NCBI GenBank assembly: GCA_030612025.1 | Contig: JAUWOR010000010.1 | Coordinates: 1-64,000, forward strand | Source of the DNA: Dehalococcoidia bacterium | GTDB lineage: Bacteria > Chloroflexota > Dehalococcoidia > GIF9 > AB-539-J10 | Reading direction: 5' to 3' | DNA length: 64,000 nucleotides | Part shown: in pieces, positions 18,492 to 29,489 of the stretch | Layout of the letters: each line of letters begins with the position of its first letter | Position numbering within the stretch: the first letter of the stretch is position 1 | Position numbers and translations under genes: made by a program | The notes under the pieces: model-generated | Databases searched by the model: none | Told to the model about the DNA's origin: nothing | The model's input: the letters and a program-made list of their open reading frames with translations, nothing else

Positions 18492-18717
18492 ATGCCTTCT
18501 TCCGGCTCAGATACTCTTCCAACTCTATTGCCGAGCCAGCTTGGCTTTGATATCGAGCTAATTCCTCCTCCATATCTTTAATGTCTTCAATATCCTCTCC
18601 GTAGACGATATCAATAGCCCTCCGAATGAGCTCAGCAATAGAAACATTCTTCTCAAAAGCTAATTTCTTCAGCCCTTGGTGACTCTCCTCACTAATATAA
18701 ACCATAGTTTTTTTCAT
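18478..18717 (-). CDS. Ribbon-helix-helix antitoxin
   Basis: KKTMVYISEESHQGLKKLA..SIAELIRRAI; overlaps toxin. Confidence 0.8.
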   Translation of the reverse strand: MKKTMVYISEESHQGLKKLAFEKNVSIAELIRRAIDIVYGEDIEDIKDMEEELARYQSQAGSAIELEEYLSRKKACAQG

Positions 18718-18786
18718 GCTTAACTCCTATAGCTTAATTATCTTTGCTCACTATGACAGATATATGTCATGATGTCAACCAGCCGG

Positions 18787-19302
18787 CTACTTGAATCTCT
18801 TTACCTCAAAACGATAGAGGCTAACAGGTTCGTCAAAGGATATCCCGGCCTTGAGTCGGCAAATCTCGATCTGCCTCTCAACTGTGTCCACACCCTCCAG
18901 GTTAGGCAGCAAAAGCCCTCGCCGGAAACCACTCTCCACAATCACCCCATACTTTTTCGGGTCAAGTTGACTTACATCGCCTACCGGCTCAGGCTTAGTA
19001 AGAATATCCACGCTATATTCCAGGTCACCCAGCTCGGATGCCGCTATTGGCGGGAAACGAGGGTCTCTGGTAGCCGAGCTAATAGCATTGGTCATAATCT
19101 CCTCAGCTACACTGGCTTTAGTCGGCTCAAAAGTGCCAATGCAGCCTCTTAACTCGCCTTGCTTGTGAATGGAAACAAAAACGCCCGCTCGTTCTCTCAT
19201 CTCAGGAGTCAGTTCTCTCGGCTGAGGTATTTTACCCTCACGGATATAGCTTTCCACCGTTTCCCTAGCTAGTTTCACTATGGGATGAAGTCCCTCTTTC
19301 AT
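18787..19302 (-). CDS. amrA: AmmeMemoRadiSam system protein A (AMMECR1 family)
   Basis: GVFVS..LRGCIGT..DPRFPP..GLLLP. Confidence 0.9.
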   Translation of the reverse strand: MKEGLHPIVKLARETVESYIREGKIPQPRELTPEMRERAGVFVSIHKQGELRGCIGTFEPTKASVAEEIMTNAISSATRDPRFPPIAASELGDLEYSVDILTKPEPVGDVSQLDPKKYGVIVESGFRRGLLLPNLEGVDTVERQIEICRLKAGISFDEPVSLYRFEVKRFK

Positions 19303-19460
19303 AAATACCTCCCTCTAACTCCCTCCCGCCAGGGGAGGGAGGATTGTAGTATCCTAATATTACCTCATTATTAACCCTCTCCCTTGATGGGAGACAACAT
19401 TCGCTTAGTCCTCTCCCTTCGAGGGAGAGGACTAAGGTGCCTTTCCTCCAAATCCTCGTA

Positions 19461-20276
19461 GTAGTTGCCTGATTTATCAGGCTTATCGCCCAATAAATTG
19501 GGCAACTACATTTTTAAACACCCTCATTTGTTAACACACGGTATTATTCAATATTTCGTAGTTGCCTGATTTATCAGGCCTTTCTCGCCCAATAAATTGG
19601 GCAACTACAATATCCTTTCCACTAGTGGATTGTTTTGAATATACTCTCGGATCTTTGCCAGCGCTTTATCATCTCTAATCACATGCTCGTAGTAATTTGG
19701 TTGCCATAGCTTAAATCGAACTTGCTTTGTGGTTACCGCTTTCAACCTTCTAACAATCTCAGCTAGCTTAAGTTGGCAGTCTTCCAAAACCAATATTAGA
19801 TGAATATGAGAAGGCATTATTTGGTAGTAATCTAATTTTACTCCGCTTATCTTGTAGGGTAATTGTTCGATAAGTTGGGCAACTATTTCCTTGTTTTCGC
19901 CCGTCAGATAAGGTCTTCGGTAATTAGTGCAAATTGTTATGAAATAAAAGCCGTCTGAGGAGTAATCATAATCTTTTAAGCGTATATTTTTAACCGCTCT
20001 CATCCTTAACCTTCCATCATTCTGATACAACCTGTAGTTGCCTGATTTATCAGGCCTTTCTCGCCCAATAAATTGGGCAACTACGTTTTTAAACACCCTC
20101 ATTTGTTAACACACGGTATTATTCAATATTTCGTAGTTGCCTGATTTATCAGGCCCTTATCGCCCAATAAATCGCACTACATTTTTAAACACCCTCATTT
20201 GTTAACACACGGTATTATTCAATATTTCGTAGTTGCCTGATTTATCAGGCCCTTATCGCCCAATAAATCGCACTAC
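19461..20276. mobile_element. RAYT locus (REPtron): five REP doublets, with near-identical 48-bp linkers, flanking the transposase
   Basis: Doublets at 19461-19509, 19558-19608, 20034-20084, 20133-20180, 20229-20276. Confidence 0.85.
19605..20003 (-). CDS. REP-associated tyrosine transposase (RAYT / TnpA-REP)
   Basis: IRLKDYDYS..YFITICT, HUH motif MPSHIH, LWQPNYYEHVIRD, YIQNNP; start taken at MRAVK. Confidence 0.9.
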   Translation of the reverse strand: MRAVKNIRLKDYDYSSDGFYFITICTNYRRPYLTGENKEIVAQLIEQLPYKISGVKLDYYQIMPSHIHLILVLEDCQLKLAEIVRRLKAVTTKQVRFKLWQPNYYEHVIRDDKALAKIREYIQNNPLVERIL

Positions 20277-20289
20277 GTTTTTAAACATC

Positions 20290-21309
20290 CTACTTCAGCC
20301 TTGTTCTGAAATTAAGCTCACTGCCACAAAACTTGCATTTAGAATCATCCAGTCCCACTACCTGAGTATCATAACCAATGCGGCGAATAACTGTCTTGCC
20401 ACAAGAATAGCAAACGGTATTTTCATACTCATGCCCAGGAACATTGCCCAGATAGACAAACTTTAACCCTGCTTTCTTGCCAATTCTGTAAGCCTTCTCC
20501 AGAGTGGATACCGGGGTGGGTGGCAGATAATTCAAATTACGCATGGGGTAAAAGCGAGTTATATGCCATGGAGTAAGCTCACCTAAGTTATCTCGAATCC
20601 AGGTAGCGATGCCACTGAGCTGTGCCTCATCATCATTCATAGTGGGAATGACATTGGTTACCACCTCAACCCACATACCCCATTTCTCCTTAGCGCGCTT
20701 GGCTACATCCAGAATACCACGCCAGTGAGAGATTTTTGAGAGCCGACGATAAAAACCGTCGCTAAAGCCCTTGACATCAACCCTCCAGGCATCGAGGTAA
20801 GGACCGATAGTATCTAAAGCCTCAGGAGTGATGTAGCCATTGGTAACATAAACGGTATATAGACCATTTTCCTTAGCCAGCTTGGCAGAATCCAAAGTAT
20901 ACTCAAACCATACCGTAGGCTCATTATAAGTCCAGGCAATGCCAGCACAATTATACCGTTTAGTTAACTCTATTTCCCTCTCAGGCAATAGTTGCTGTGA
21001 AGTATCAGGAACATCCACACAGGCAATCTCCCAGTTTTGACAGTCCTGGCAGTGGAAGTTGCATCCCCAGGTGCCCAAGGAAAGGGCATAAGTCCCTGGG
21101 AAAAAGTGAAATAAGGGCTTCTTCTCAATATGGTCAGCGGCTACTGAAGAGACTTCAGCATAATTCATGGTATATAAGGTGCCATCCCGGTTAAGGCGCA
21201 TGCGGCAGACACCCATCTTGCTCAGGTTTATAATGCACCTCCATTGGCAAACGTGGCATCTCACCCTGCCACCCGAGAGTTTCTCATAAAGCATCGCTTC
21301 TCTTTCCAT
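20290..21309 (-). CDS. amrS: AmmeMemoRadiSam system radical SAM enzyme
   Basis: CHVCQWRC, IEKKPLFHF, CNFHCQDC, YNEP, YLGNV. Confidence 0.92.
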   Translation of the reverse strand: MEREAMLYEKLSGGRVRCHVCQWRCIINLSKMGVCRMRLNRDGTLYTMNYAEVSSVAADHIEKKPLFHFFPGTYALSLGTWGCNFHCQDCQNWEIACVDVPDTSQQLLPEREIELTKRYNCAGIAWTYNEPTVWFEYTLDSAKLAKENGLYTVYVTNGYITPEALDTIGPYLDAWRVDVKGFSDGFYRRLSKISHWRGILDVAKRAKEKWGMWVEVVTNVIPTMNDDEAQLSGIATWIRDNLGELTPWHITRFYPMRNLNYLPPTPVSTLEKAYRIGKKAGLKFVYLGNVPGHEYENTVCYSCGKTVIRRIGYDTQVVGLDDSKCKFCGSELNFRTRLK

Positions 21310-21422
21310 TAGGGGCTATTATATCACCGCGGCTTATCTCAATATAATTACAATATATCCGGCAAAAATGACCTCGCTACATCATTGTGATAGGCTGAAT
21401 TTCCTCTCCCTCGCCTCCCTCT

Positions 21423-21711
21423 GTCATTGCGAGGAGCAGTCCCCTGCCAAGTAAGGGGAGGGGATGAGCGGGATCCTTTTCAGCGACGAAGCAAACTCGG
21501 AGTGGGATTCCTCGCTTACGCTCGGAACAAGCTCCGCAATCTCTAAGAATATCCCTCCACCAAGATTACCACACTGCCCCTTCGTTACACTCAGGGCTTC
21601 GGCTCACCGCAGCTAACAAGCGCCACTTGTAGTGCGAGGCTTCCCTTTTACTCCGTAGTGCGAGGCTTTAGCCTCGCGCCAGATAAGCACGACCCTGAAG
21701 GGTCGCACTAC
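21423..21711. repeat. Palindromic repeat cluster (GTCATTGCGAG family, CCCTTCG..CTCAGGG, R2 REP)
   Basis: Motifs shared with clusters at ~12520, 14710, 35030, 47710, 58610. Confidence 0.7.
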
Positions 21712-21766
21712 AGGAACATCCTGGCACCGTGCACTAATTCACGCCACATACTATAATTCAGGAGAA

Positions 21767-22363
21767 ATGACTGTCATTGGCGTGACTGGCAATCTAGGCA
21801 GTGGCAAAAGCACGGTATGCCAAGTTTTAGCCAAGCTTGGTGCTACCATCATCGATGCCGATGAGCTGGCACACAAGACTTACAAGCCACATAGCCAGAC
21901 CTGGCAAGAGCTAATCAACACCTTTGGTAAAGACATACTTAAGGCTAACGAAGAAATTGACCGCCAAAAATTAGGGCAGATAGTTTTTTCTCACCCCGAT
22001 GCCTTAGCCAAGCTGAATCAGATAGTGCACCCTAGAGCATATCGTATGGCTCAAGAAAAAATCGAAGATTACCATCGCCAGGGGGCTAAAGCCATTGTCG
22101 TAGAGGCTACTTTGCTCATTGAAGCAGGGTGGACAGATTTGGTGAATAAGGTCTGGTTAGTAGTAGCTCCAGAGAATGTAGCAATCCAAAGGCTCACCCA
22201 ACATGAAGGAATCAACGAAGCTCAAACTTTGACTCGCCTCAAGGCACAGATGCCAGCAGAGGAAAAGATGAAATATGCCGATGAAGTAATTTACAACGAT
22301 GGCGATATACCCCAGCTTGAAGCCAAGGTGACCAAACTCTGGCACGCCCTTGATATAATTTGA
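21767..22363 (+). CDS. coaE: Dephospho-CoA kinase
   Basis: IGVTGNLGSGKST, IDADELAH, IVHP, ATLLIE. Confidence 0.95.
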   Translation: MTVIGVTGNLGSGKSTVCQVLAKLGATIIDADELAHKTYKPHSQTWQELINTFGKDILKANEEIDRQKLGQIVFSHPDALAKLNQIVHPRAYRMAQEKIEDYHRQGAKAIVVEATLLIEAGWTDLVNKVWLVVAPENVAIQRLTQHEGINEAQTLTRLKAQMPAEEKMKYADEVIYNDGDIPQLEAKVTKLWHALDII

Positions 22364-22406
22364 CCTCTTACATCTTATGCTATACTCGCCGCAAAGAGCC
22401 CCTGGA

Positions 22407-25400
22407 TTAGTCCAGACCAACAATAATTCTCTCCACCTTGGTGATGTCCAAGCTGTTGACCACGCCATCTCCATTGGCATCAGCGCCGGGAGTTTCGGCA
22501 TCGAGTCCAACAATAATCCTCTCGACCTTGGTGATGTCAAGGCTATTGACCACGCCATCTCCATTGGCATCGCCAGGCAGGATTGAGGAGACGTGGACTG
22601 AATCGCCTGTCCAGGTTGCCTCTATTTCATTTGCCCCATTATCGCCCAGAAAGCCGTTTTGCAAACCTATGTCACTGCTGTCACCCTCAGCGCCGATAAC
22701 ATGGAAGTGTAGTTCTGCCAGGGTGCCGGAGCCAGTGACGCCAGCTAACCCTGGGACGTTCTGAACTATGGTGCATGACCCGCCATCTTCCAGATTCCAG
22801 ATGTCAACCGGTATCGCCGTCCCATCTATCTCACCGGCAGTCACATCATCCAGTCGAAGCACCGTGTCGTCGAAGACAACATCGTAGTTAGCAGCATCGA
22901 AGTTCTCCACCCCATCAATGTTAACCCTGGCAATAAAATCGCTACCAGCGCCTACCTCGGCTGGAGCACTAATGCTCACTGAAGGAGCAACACCGGTGGT
23001 CACAGTTAGAGTTACCGGCACCGTCACTTCTGGCTCATCGGGGTCGTTGCTTAATATTACTATATTGGCAGTGTAAGTGCTGCCGAGGCCAGTGGTATCG
23101 AAGGTAACCGTTATGTCATCTTCCTCTCCTGGCGGCACCATGCCTGATTTGGGCTCCTCATCCAGCCAGGGGCAGTCCTCGGCTTCTCCTCCCACATACT
23201 TGCTCAGCACCACATCATCAATAAAGGCTCCCTGACCGCTAGAGCCAGGCATAACATCACTGAAAGTGAACAATATCCACACTTCAGGCTGCCCGCAGAC
23301 ATTCCCCAAATAGGGAATCTCTGTGAAGTCCAAAGATTTTTCCATCCAGTGCCGGTAATGTCCGGCGATGGTCTTTCCACCGAAGTATTTTCCATCAATT
23401 GACGCTGCCCAGAGGAGGTAATCGCCAGGAATGTTATACGGCTCCACCTGTATTCCGGCCGAGTCCAACCACAAATGGAACCTCAGCTCGGCATCAGTAG
23501 CATCAGCTAGGCTGAAGGGGCCGTACACCATCGCGGAAGACATTCTGTAAGGAAACCAAGCTGGGGGGTCGACCCCATCTGTACCACTCTTGGCGCAGTA
23601 GGCACTCCATGATCCGTTGTGGGGGTTGTAGCTGTCCTTTCCCCAGTAGGCATCCACCTGCGACTGAGAATACACGTCCCACTTAGACCCTGGAAATACC
23701 CCCTCAAAATCCTCGGTCATTATGTTCTGCCAGCCACTGCCAAATTTGCCAGTTTCCTCTGGCTCAACCGTCTTGCCCTCTAGCGGAATTTCCAAGACCA
23801 TGCTACCTGGCTTCAGGAGCAGGTTCTCAGCCTTCCCTGTGCTAGCCCCACCTGTTGTTTCCGTGTCGCTGAGAGTGTAGTTCAGCTCCGCATTGCCAAC
23901 ATTGCCTATATTTAGAGTGTAGTCCTGGGTTGTGTCTGGCGGCAGCGTTTTCTCGAAGCTGGTGGGAGAAACCGTGATGTCAGGCGCGTCAGGCTGTGCG
24001 CCGGCTGTGGTGGCCCAATCCTGGGCATAATTATCCGACCATTGCTCACTCCCTTGGACATAGGACCAGGCCCCGGTAGTAATAGGTTGTGCTTGGCACC
24101 AGTCCTGTGTCTGATTTGCCGGTTGCAGTGCCGAAATAAACTTGTGTGCCGTCGTCCCTATTTGCTGGGTAACCTCCTTGTTTTCTCTGTATTTTTGTCT
24201 TCTGAGCTCCGGCACCTTTAGTCCAGGACAAACTTATCTGGGTGGTACTGGCTGTGGTGGCGCTGAAGCTGGTTGGCGCATCGGGTTTGGTCAGGAAGCT
24301 TAACTCAGGGCCGCTGCCTGTGCCAGCACTGTTCTTGGCCTGTGCCCTGAAATAGTACTTGGTCCCTTTGTTAAGGCCAGAAATGTTTTCACTGAAGGAC
24401 TGTCCGGTGGTTTTAGTTTCCACACTCCAGCCCGTGTAGGTGTAAGGCCCTCCTTGGGTGGTGCTGTAGCCAAACTGATACTGGCAGACTTCACCACCGT
24501 CATCGGTTACCGCGCCGTGAAGAGTAGCTGTAGTCTCTTCAACAGAGGTGGCAGCATTTGTGGTTACCGTTGGCGCTCCTATTGATGTTGTGGTAGCCTG
24601 GTCTTGGGCATAGTTATCAGACCATTGTTCGCTTCCCTGGACGTATGACCAGGCTCGGTAATAATAAGTTGTCCCCGGCGTTAGTCCTGTATCAGATTTG
24701 CTGGTTCCTGTTCCGAAGTAAACCTCAGTGCCATCGTTTCTATTCGCTGGGTAGCTACTTTCTTTCCTCTGTATCTTTGTCTTCTGGGCACCAGCTCCCT
24801 TAGTCCAGGACAAATTTATCTGAGTGGTGCTGGCTGTGCTGGCGGTAAAGCTGGTTGGTTCATCAGGTTTGGTCAGGAAGCTTAGCTCAGAGCCACTACT
24901 GGTTCCAGCACTATTCTTGGCCTGTGCTCTGAAGTAATATTTAGTTCCCTTATTAAGGCTTGAAATAGCTTCGCTGAAGGACTGGCCTGTGGTTTTAGTT
25001 TCCACACTCCAGTCAGTGTAGGTGTACGGTCCTCCCTGGGTCGTGCCATAGCCAAAGCGATACTGGCAGGCTTCACCACCATCATTGCTTACCATGCCAT
25101 TAAGGGTGGCAGAGTTCTCCTCTACCAAGCTTGCGGCATTGGTAGTCACCGTTAGCGCTGGTGAGGGTGTCGGCAAGTAAAGCCTGCCACTTCCATACAG
25201 GTTATCTTTCCCAGAAGCACCGAGAGCAACGGCATTCGTCTCAAGATAATTCTGTATTTGCTCCGGAGTGTAAGAGGGAAAGCGTTGCTTGACCAGCGCC
25301 GCCGCCCCTGCCCCATAAGGAGCCGAAGCTGACGTGCCATAGAAATTCTCTGCTCCATAGGTGGAGGTGCTCACGCCATCAGGAGCAACCAAATCGGGTT

Positions 25401-26796
25401 TTGTCCTAGCGTCCACCGTTGGCCCCTGAGAACTGAATGATTCCAGCGTTGTAGGGTCGTCCCAGAACACAGCTCCCATGGTCATAGCGCTGGGCGAGTC
25501 AGCGGGTACACACAGGCTGCCAGCCGCAACCTGATATTGTAGATTGTAGCGTGTGCGTGTCAGGTGGAAGTTGACTACTTCCGGTTCACCCCAGGCAGCT
25601 ATTAGTATGTGATAGATTCCTGTGTATGTAGGGGTATACGACAAAAATTCGTACGGGTCGTCATTACCATCTTGTATCCTGCAAGAGCACGCAACTAGAA
25701 AAGAGTTGTTATCAAGCAACAATAAATCATAGTCATTGCCAGAATTGCCCCAGGGATCATCCCATTTGAGGCTAACTACAATGTCATTTCCGCTGTTGGC
25801 AGTGATCGCATTAGACTCATCAAAGGGTGATTGGTTAAATTCGTGGATGTCATCCATATCACTATCTACAAAGTCTCCCTGCCAGTGACGCTGGGCATAG
25901 TTCCCCGCCGCCTGAGACCACAGGATGCAGGCAGCTCTGGCATCATCCACCATCTGACAGAACAGTCCAGTGCCATCCCCTGGCCCTCCTGGGAGCCAAT
26001 CCATGGAGCAGGAGATAACATCAACCCCCTGAGCTATAAGCCAGTCAACAGCATTACCCATCTCGACACTACTGTCAAAGTTGGCCAGATAAAACTGGGC
26101 GTCGGGAACAAGGTCGTACACGATCTCGGCACAGGCAGTGCCGTGTACAGATGTTCCCTCATTTCCATAGCTTGGAGCCCACCAACTTGCAACCGTGGCA
26201 GGCAATTCCGTACCCAAGAGAGAATCATATCCAGAGAAACCACCATCCAGAATGCCGACCTTCACTCCGGTCCCCGTAAAGCCAGCACTATGCCAGTCAT
26301 CGGCGTTAATCAGGCTTACACCCTCACTGATAACTGATGGTATGGGTTTGAAAGGCAAGCGCACCAATTTAACACTAGCATCATCAGCTAATGCCTCAAC
26401 CTGAGCGACGGGTATCCCAACCTGTACCAGATCCTTATAGCTAGTTTCTACATCGGCACCGAGAGCCTCGGCGATACGCATAACTTCATCCTCCTGCCCA
26501 CCCACAGCCTCAATAACCACCCTGGTCCAGTCACCTTCCACATCTATGCCAGATTTTTGAGCAAAAGCGCTCAAATCACCTTTTTCGTAAGCCGCAACCA
26601 GTTGGTCCAGCCGCGACCCCAGCTTAGGATGTCCCTTAGTAATCTCTGGGAGGGCATTAAGATTCGATAAGATGTCATCCTCATCATCAGCCGAAGCACT
26701 TCCAGTAGCCGCACCTCCTATAACCGAAAAGGCTAAAGCGAGGCATAAAATGAGGTTTAGAATTCTCGCCGACCACCCGTTCTTCATGTTTAACAT
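22407..26796 (-). pseudogene. Giant S8 peptidase + Fn3 repeats + jelly-roll/Ig domains + cohesin + dockerin, split by a single-base frameshift (~1462 aa if repaired; real lesion or sequencing error)
   Basis: Catalytic ILDGG/VHGTAC/GTSASAP. First Fn3 repeat reads YYYRAWSYV; the second has an extra G (CCCC at 24071-24074) that shifts into ORF 22407-24215, which ends in cohesin + duplicated DANGDGVVNSLD. Confidence 0.85.
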
Positions 26797-27170
26797 CCTT
26801 CTTTCATCATGACGGCCAAATTAGTTTTCACTGTTGGCACGTTGCCAAGCTGCTTTATAAGCTTCAGGATAATCGCTGGGGGAATTATACGAAGGACTAA
26901 TCAACTCACTTAGGCAAGGACAAAAAGAGCGCAGATTACACCTGTGCTTGTTGGGATAAACATGATAGGAATGAGAATAGCCCCACTTCCGCAATATGTC
27001 ACCTCCGACTTTCCTATACGAGCATAACACTATTAAAGGAATTTCTCAATGGGTTTTGGAGGGATTTTGGTTAAAGAGATAAGGCTTATCGAAAGGCATC
27101 TTGGCTGCTTTGCTTCTTCAAACAGCCAAACGAATACAAGTTGCTTTCCACACTGGTTTAATTCCCTTCG

Positions 27171-27653
27171 CTATGAGATTCCTCTTAATTTAGCGATTAA
27201 CTTCTCAACACCTTCCGCTGAAATTTCTACAGTTTCTGGAGCCATTTCATTTTCATAGAAGTTTTTATGTAGGCCATTTGCTACATGAAAAAGCCTGATG
27301 AAGTCCTTATCTTTGCCTTCCTTCGCCAGTGTGTTAATAAAATCCCACAAGCTCCCGTGCTTCTCCAATTTTAATCCCCTCTTAGCAGCTACCATCTTAA
27401 CTGCTAGTGAAGTAGCACCCCATAGCTTTTCAGAAGTTTGAACAAGATCTCCCTTATTCAAAAATTCCCTTGCCTCAGCGAAGTATTTCTCGCTCAGGGA
27501 TTGGTAGTGTTCAATAAGTTCCTCAGGGTCCAGCTCTTCATGCAAGCTATTGCGAATTAGCTCAACTCCTAATTCCTCAGGCAAGGTTCCAGTTTCCCCA
27601 GCCCTCTCCCTTAACTTCTCATCAAGCTTTTTGGGTAAAATGATAGCAACCAT
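27171..27653 (-). CDS. PaREP1-family (HEPN-related) protein
   Basis: GDLVQTSEKLWGA..ANGLHKNFYE. Confidence 0.8.
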   Translation of the reverse strand: MVAIILPKKLDEKLRERAGETGTLPEELGVELIRNSLHEELDPEELIEHYQSLSEKYFAEAREFLNKGDLVQTSEKLWGATSLAVKMVAAKRGLKLEKHGSLWDFINTLAKEGKDKDFIRLFHVANGLHKNFYENEMAPETVEISAEGVEKLIAKLRGIS

Positions 27654-27876
27654 TATGCACCTCCACGTGTTGCATTCATCGTCCTTCTCTCTCCAGCCAG
27701 AGCCTGAGTTTTGGCACCAAGAATATCCTCATACTTTTTTCATATTCTAAACCACATTGGTGTTGAGAACAACCTCGAGTTGGGTTAGCTACTTAAATGA
27801 TTTGACACGTAGGACGAAAGCCCTAGCTTTCCAGGCTGAGTCTGGACCCCTCTCAGCCATAAGCGTGCTAAGCAGA

Positions 27877-29487
27877 CTAACGTTGCTCCAGATATACTTG
27901 GCTCAAGTCAGGAATGCCCAGAGCATTGAGCTCATAACCTTTGACGTAAGGTTTAACCAAGATATGATTGATACCAAACCATAAGGGCAAGCAGGGAGCT
28001 TCATCCACTATCTTCTGCTCAGCTTGCTGATACATAGATAGGCGAGTAGATCCTTCGCTATCGCTCAGGACTGTGTCCGGCTCAATGGCAGCTTGGTCAA
28101 GTAAGCTATCTATCCCAGGATTGCTATAGCCAAAGATATTGTTCTCACTTCCAGTATAGAAAAGGTTATCCAGGAAATTATGTGGGTCGGGGTAATCAGC
28201 TACCCAGCCAAGCATAAACATCTCGTCCCTTTCCTGCTTTAGATGATAAAGAAATTCTTCTGGCTCTAGTTGCCTCACTAACAGCTCAACTCCAAGATTC
28301 TCCCGCCATTCCTCAATGATGGCTCCCAGGTAATCTGGAATATTATTGCCATAACCGGAAACGGTGAGAGCAATCGGTGGTAAATTGGAAACATCTCCAT
28401 ACTTTGAGGCGGCAATAAGCTCCTTCGCCCTCCCCACATCGTAGTCAAGTCCTTTCAGCTCTTCGTTATAGCCAGGCATGCCTGGAGGTAGAATGCCCTT
28501 CGCTTCAGTCATCATACCCCTCAATATCAACCTAGCAATGCGCTCCTTATCCACAGCGTGGCAAAAAGCGCGGCGGATGTTGACATCGTCAAAGGGAGGC
28601 TTGGTGGTGTCAAAGCCAATATAATAAAGGCTGAGTTCAGGCGTTACGGCTAATTCCCGATGGAATGGGCTAGCCTCATCCTCTGCCAGGTCAATATAAT
28701 TCCGGAAAAGGGGAGTGACATCAATCTCGCCTTTTTCATACATAGCCATGGGCATACCAGCTAGAAGATGAAAAACGACCTGCTTTACCTTAGCCGGTTG
28801 ACCATAATAAACTTGGCTACGCTCCAAAATCAAAAGTTGTCCTTGTACCCATTCCCTTAGCCTAAAAGGACCTGTTCCATTTGGCTGATGCCACCAACCC
28901 TCTCCTGATTCCACATTGGTGCTGTCAACCACAAAGGCAGTAGGATATGTCAGCTTGCACAGGAAATAAGCCTTGGGCGCATCGATGGTAACCGCGAGAG
29001 TGTAATCATCAAGAACTCTGATTCCCGAAATTTCCTTCGCTCTGCCTGCCAGCATGTCCTTAGCGCCAACGATGTCGCCCAGATAAGTGGCTGCCGTCTG
29101 AGAGCCGGTGGCAGGGTCACAGACTCGCTCCCAGGAGTATTTGAAATCGGCAGCCTTAACCTCTTGGCCATCATGAAACTTTACCCCGTGGCGAAGGTAA
29201 AAGGTGTATGTTCTGCCATCCTGGCTTTGTTGCCATCTCTCAGCGATGTCAGGCACTACCTCTAATTCAGCATCAAGCCGAACTAAACCACTGAAGATCT
29301 GCATCACATAGGTATGAGAGGTCATTTCGCTGGAAATCGCTGGGTCAAGCGTTATGGGACCAATATCCCAAAGGTTAAGAATATCTTGGCCGGAAGACAA
29401 CTCCCAAGGCTGGCAGCCAACCGAGGGCAAAAGCAATAAGGCACAAATAAGCAGGGGTAATAATACAAATTGCCAGATTCTTTTCAT
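27877..29487 (-). CDS. Peptide ABC transporter substrate-binding lipoprotein (OppA/DppA family)
   Basis: Lipobox SVGC; TLDPA, YTFYLRHGVKFHDG, PNGTGPF, GWVADYPDP. Confidence 0.92.
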   Translation of the reverse strand: MKRIWQFVLLPLLICALLLLPSVGCQPWELSSGQDILNLWDIGPITLDPAISSEMTSHTYVMQIFSGLVRLDAELEVVPDIAERWQQSQDGRTYTFYLRHGVKFHDGQEVKAADFKYSWERVCDPATGSQTAATYLGDIVGAKDMLAGRAKEISGIRVLDDYTLAVTIDAPKAYFLCKLTYPTAFVVDSTNVESGEGWWHQPNGTGPFRLREWVQGQLLILERSQVYYGQPAKVKQVVFHLLAGMPMAMYEKGEIDVTPLFRNYIDLAEDEASPFHRELAVTPELSLYYIGFDTTKPPFDDVNIRRAFCHAVDKERIARLILRGMMTEAKGILPPGMPGYNEELKGLDYDVGRAKELIAASKYGDVSNLPPIALTVSGYGNNIPDYLGAIIEEWRENLGVELLVRQLEPEEFLYHLKQERDEMFMLGWVADYPDPHNFLDNLFYTGSENNIFGYSNPGIDSLLDQAAIEPDTVLSDSEGSTRLSMYQQAEQKIVDEAPCLPLWFGINHILVKPYVKGYELNALGIPDLSQVYLEQR

Positions 29488-29489
29488 TT

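Noticed and set aside
19461-20276. CRISPR-like regular repeat array
   Set aside because: Linkers are near-identical rather than unique, the repeats are GTAG-ended REP doublets around a RAYT, and there are no cas genes
27780-27860. Hammerhead-like GGACGAAA segment
   Set aside because: No CUGANGA core or compatible stems found
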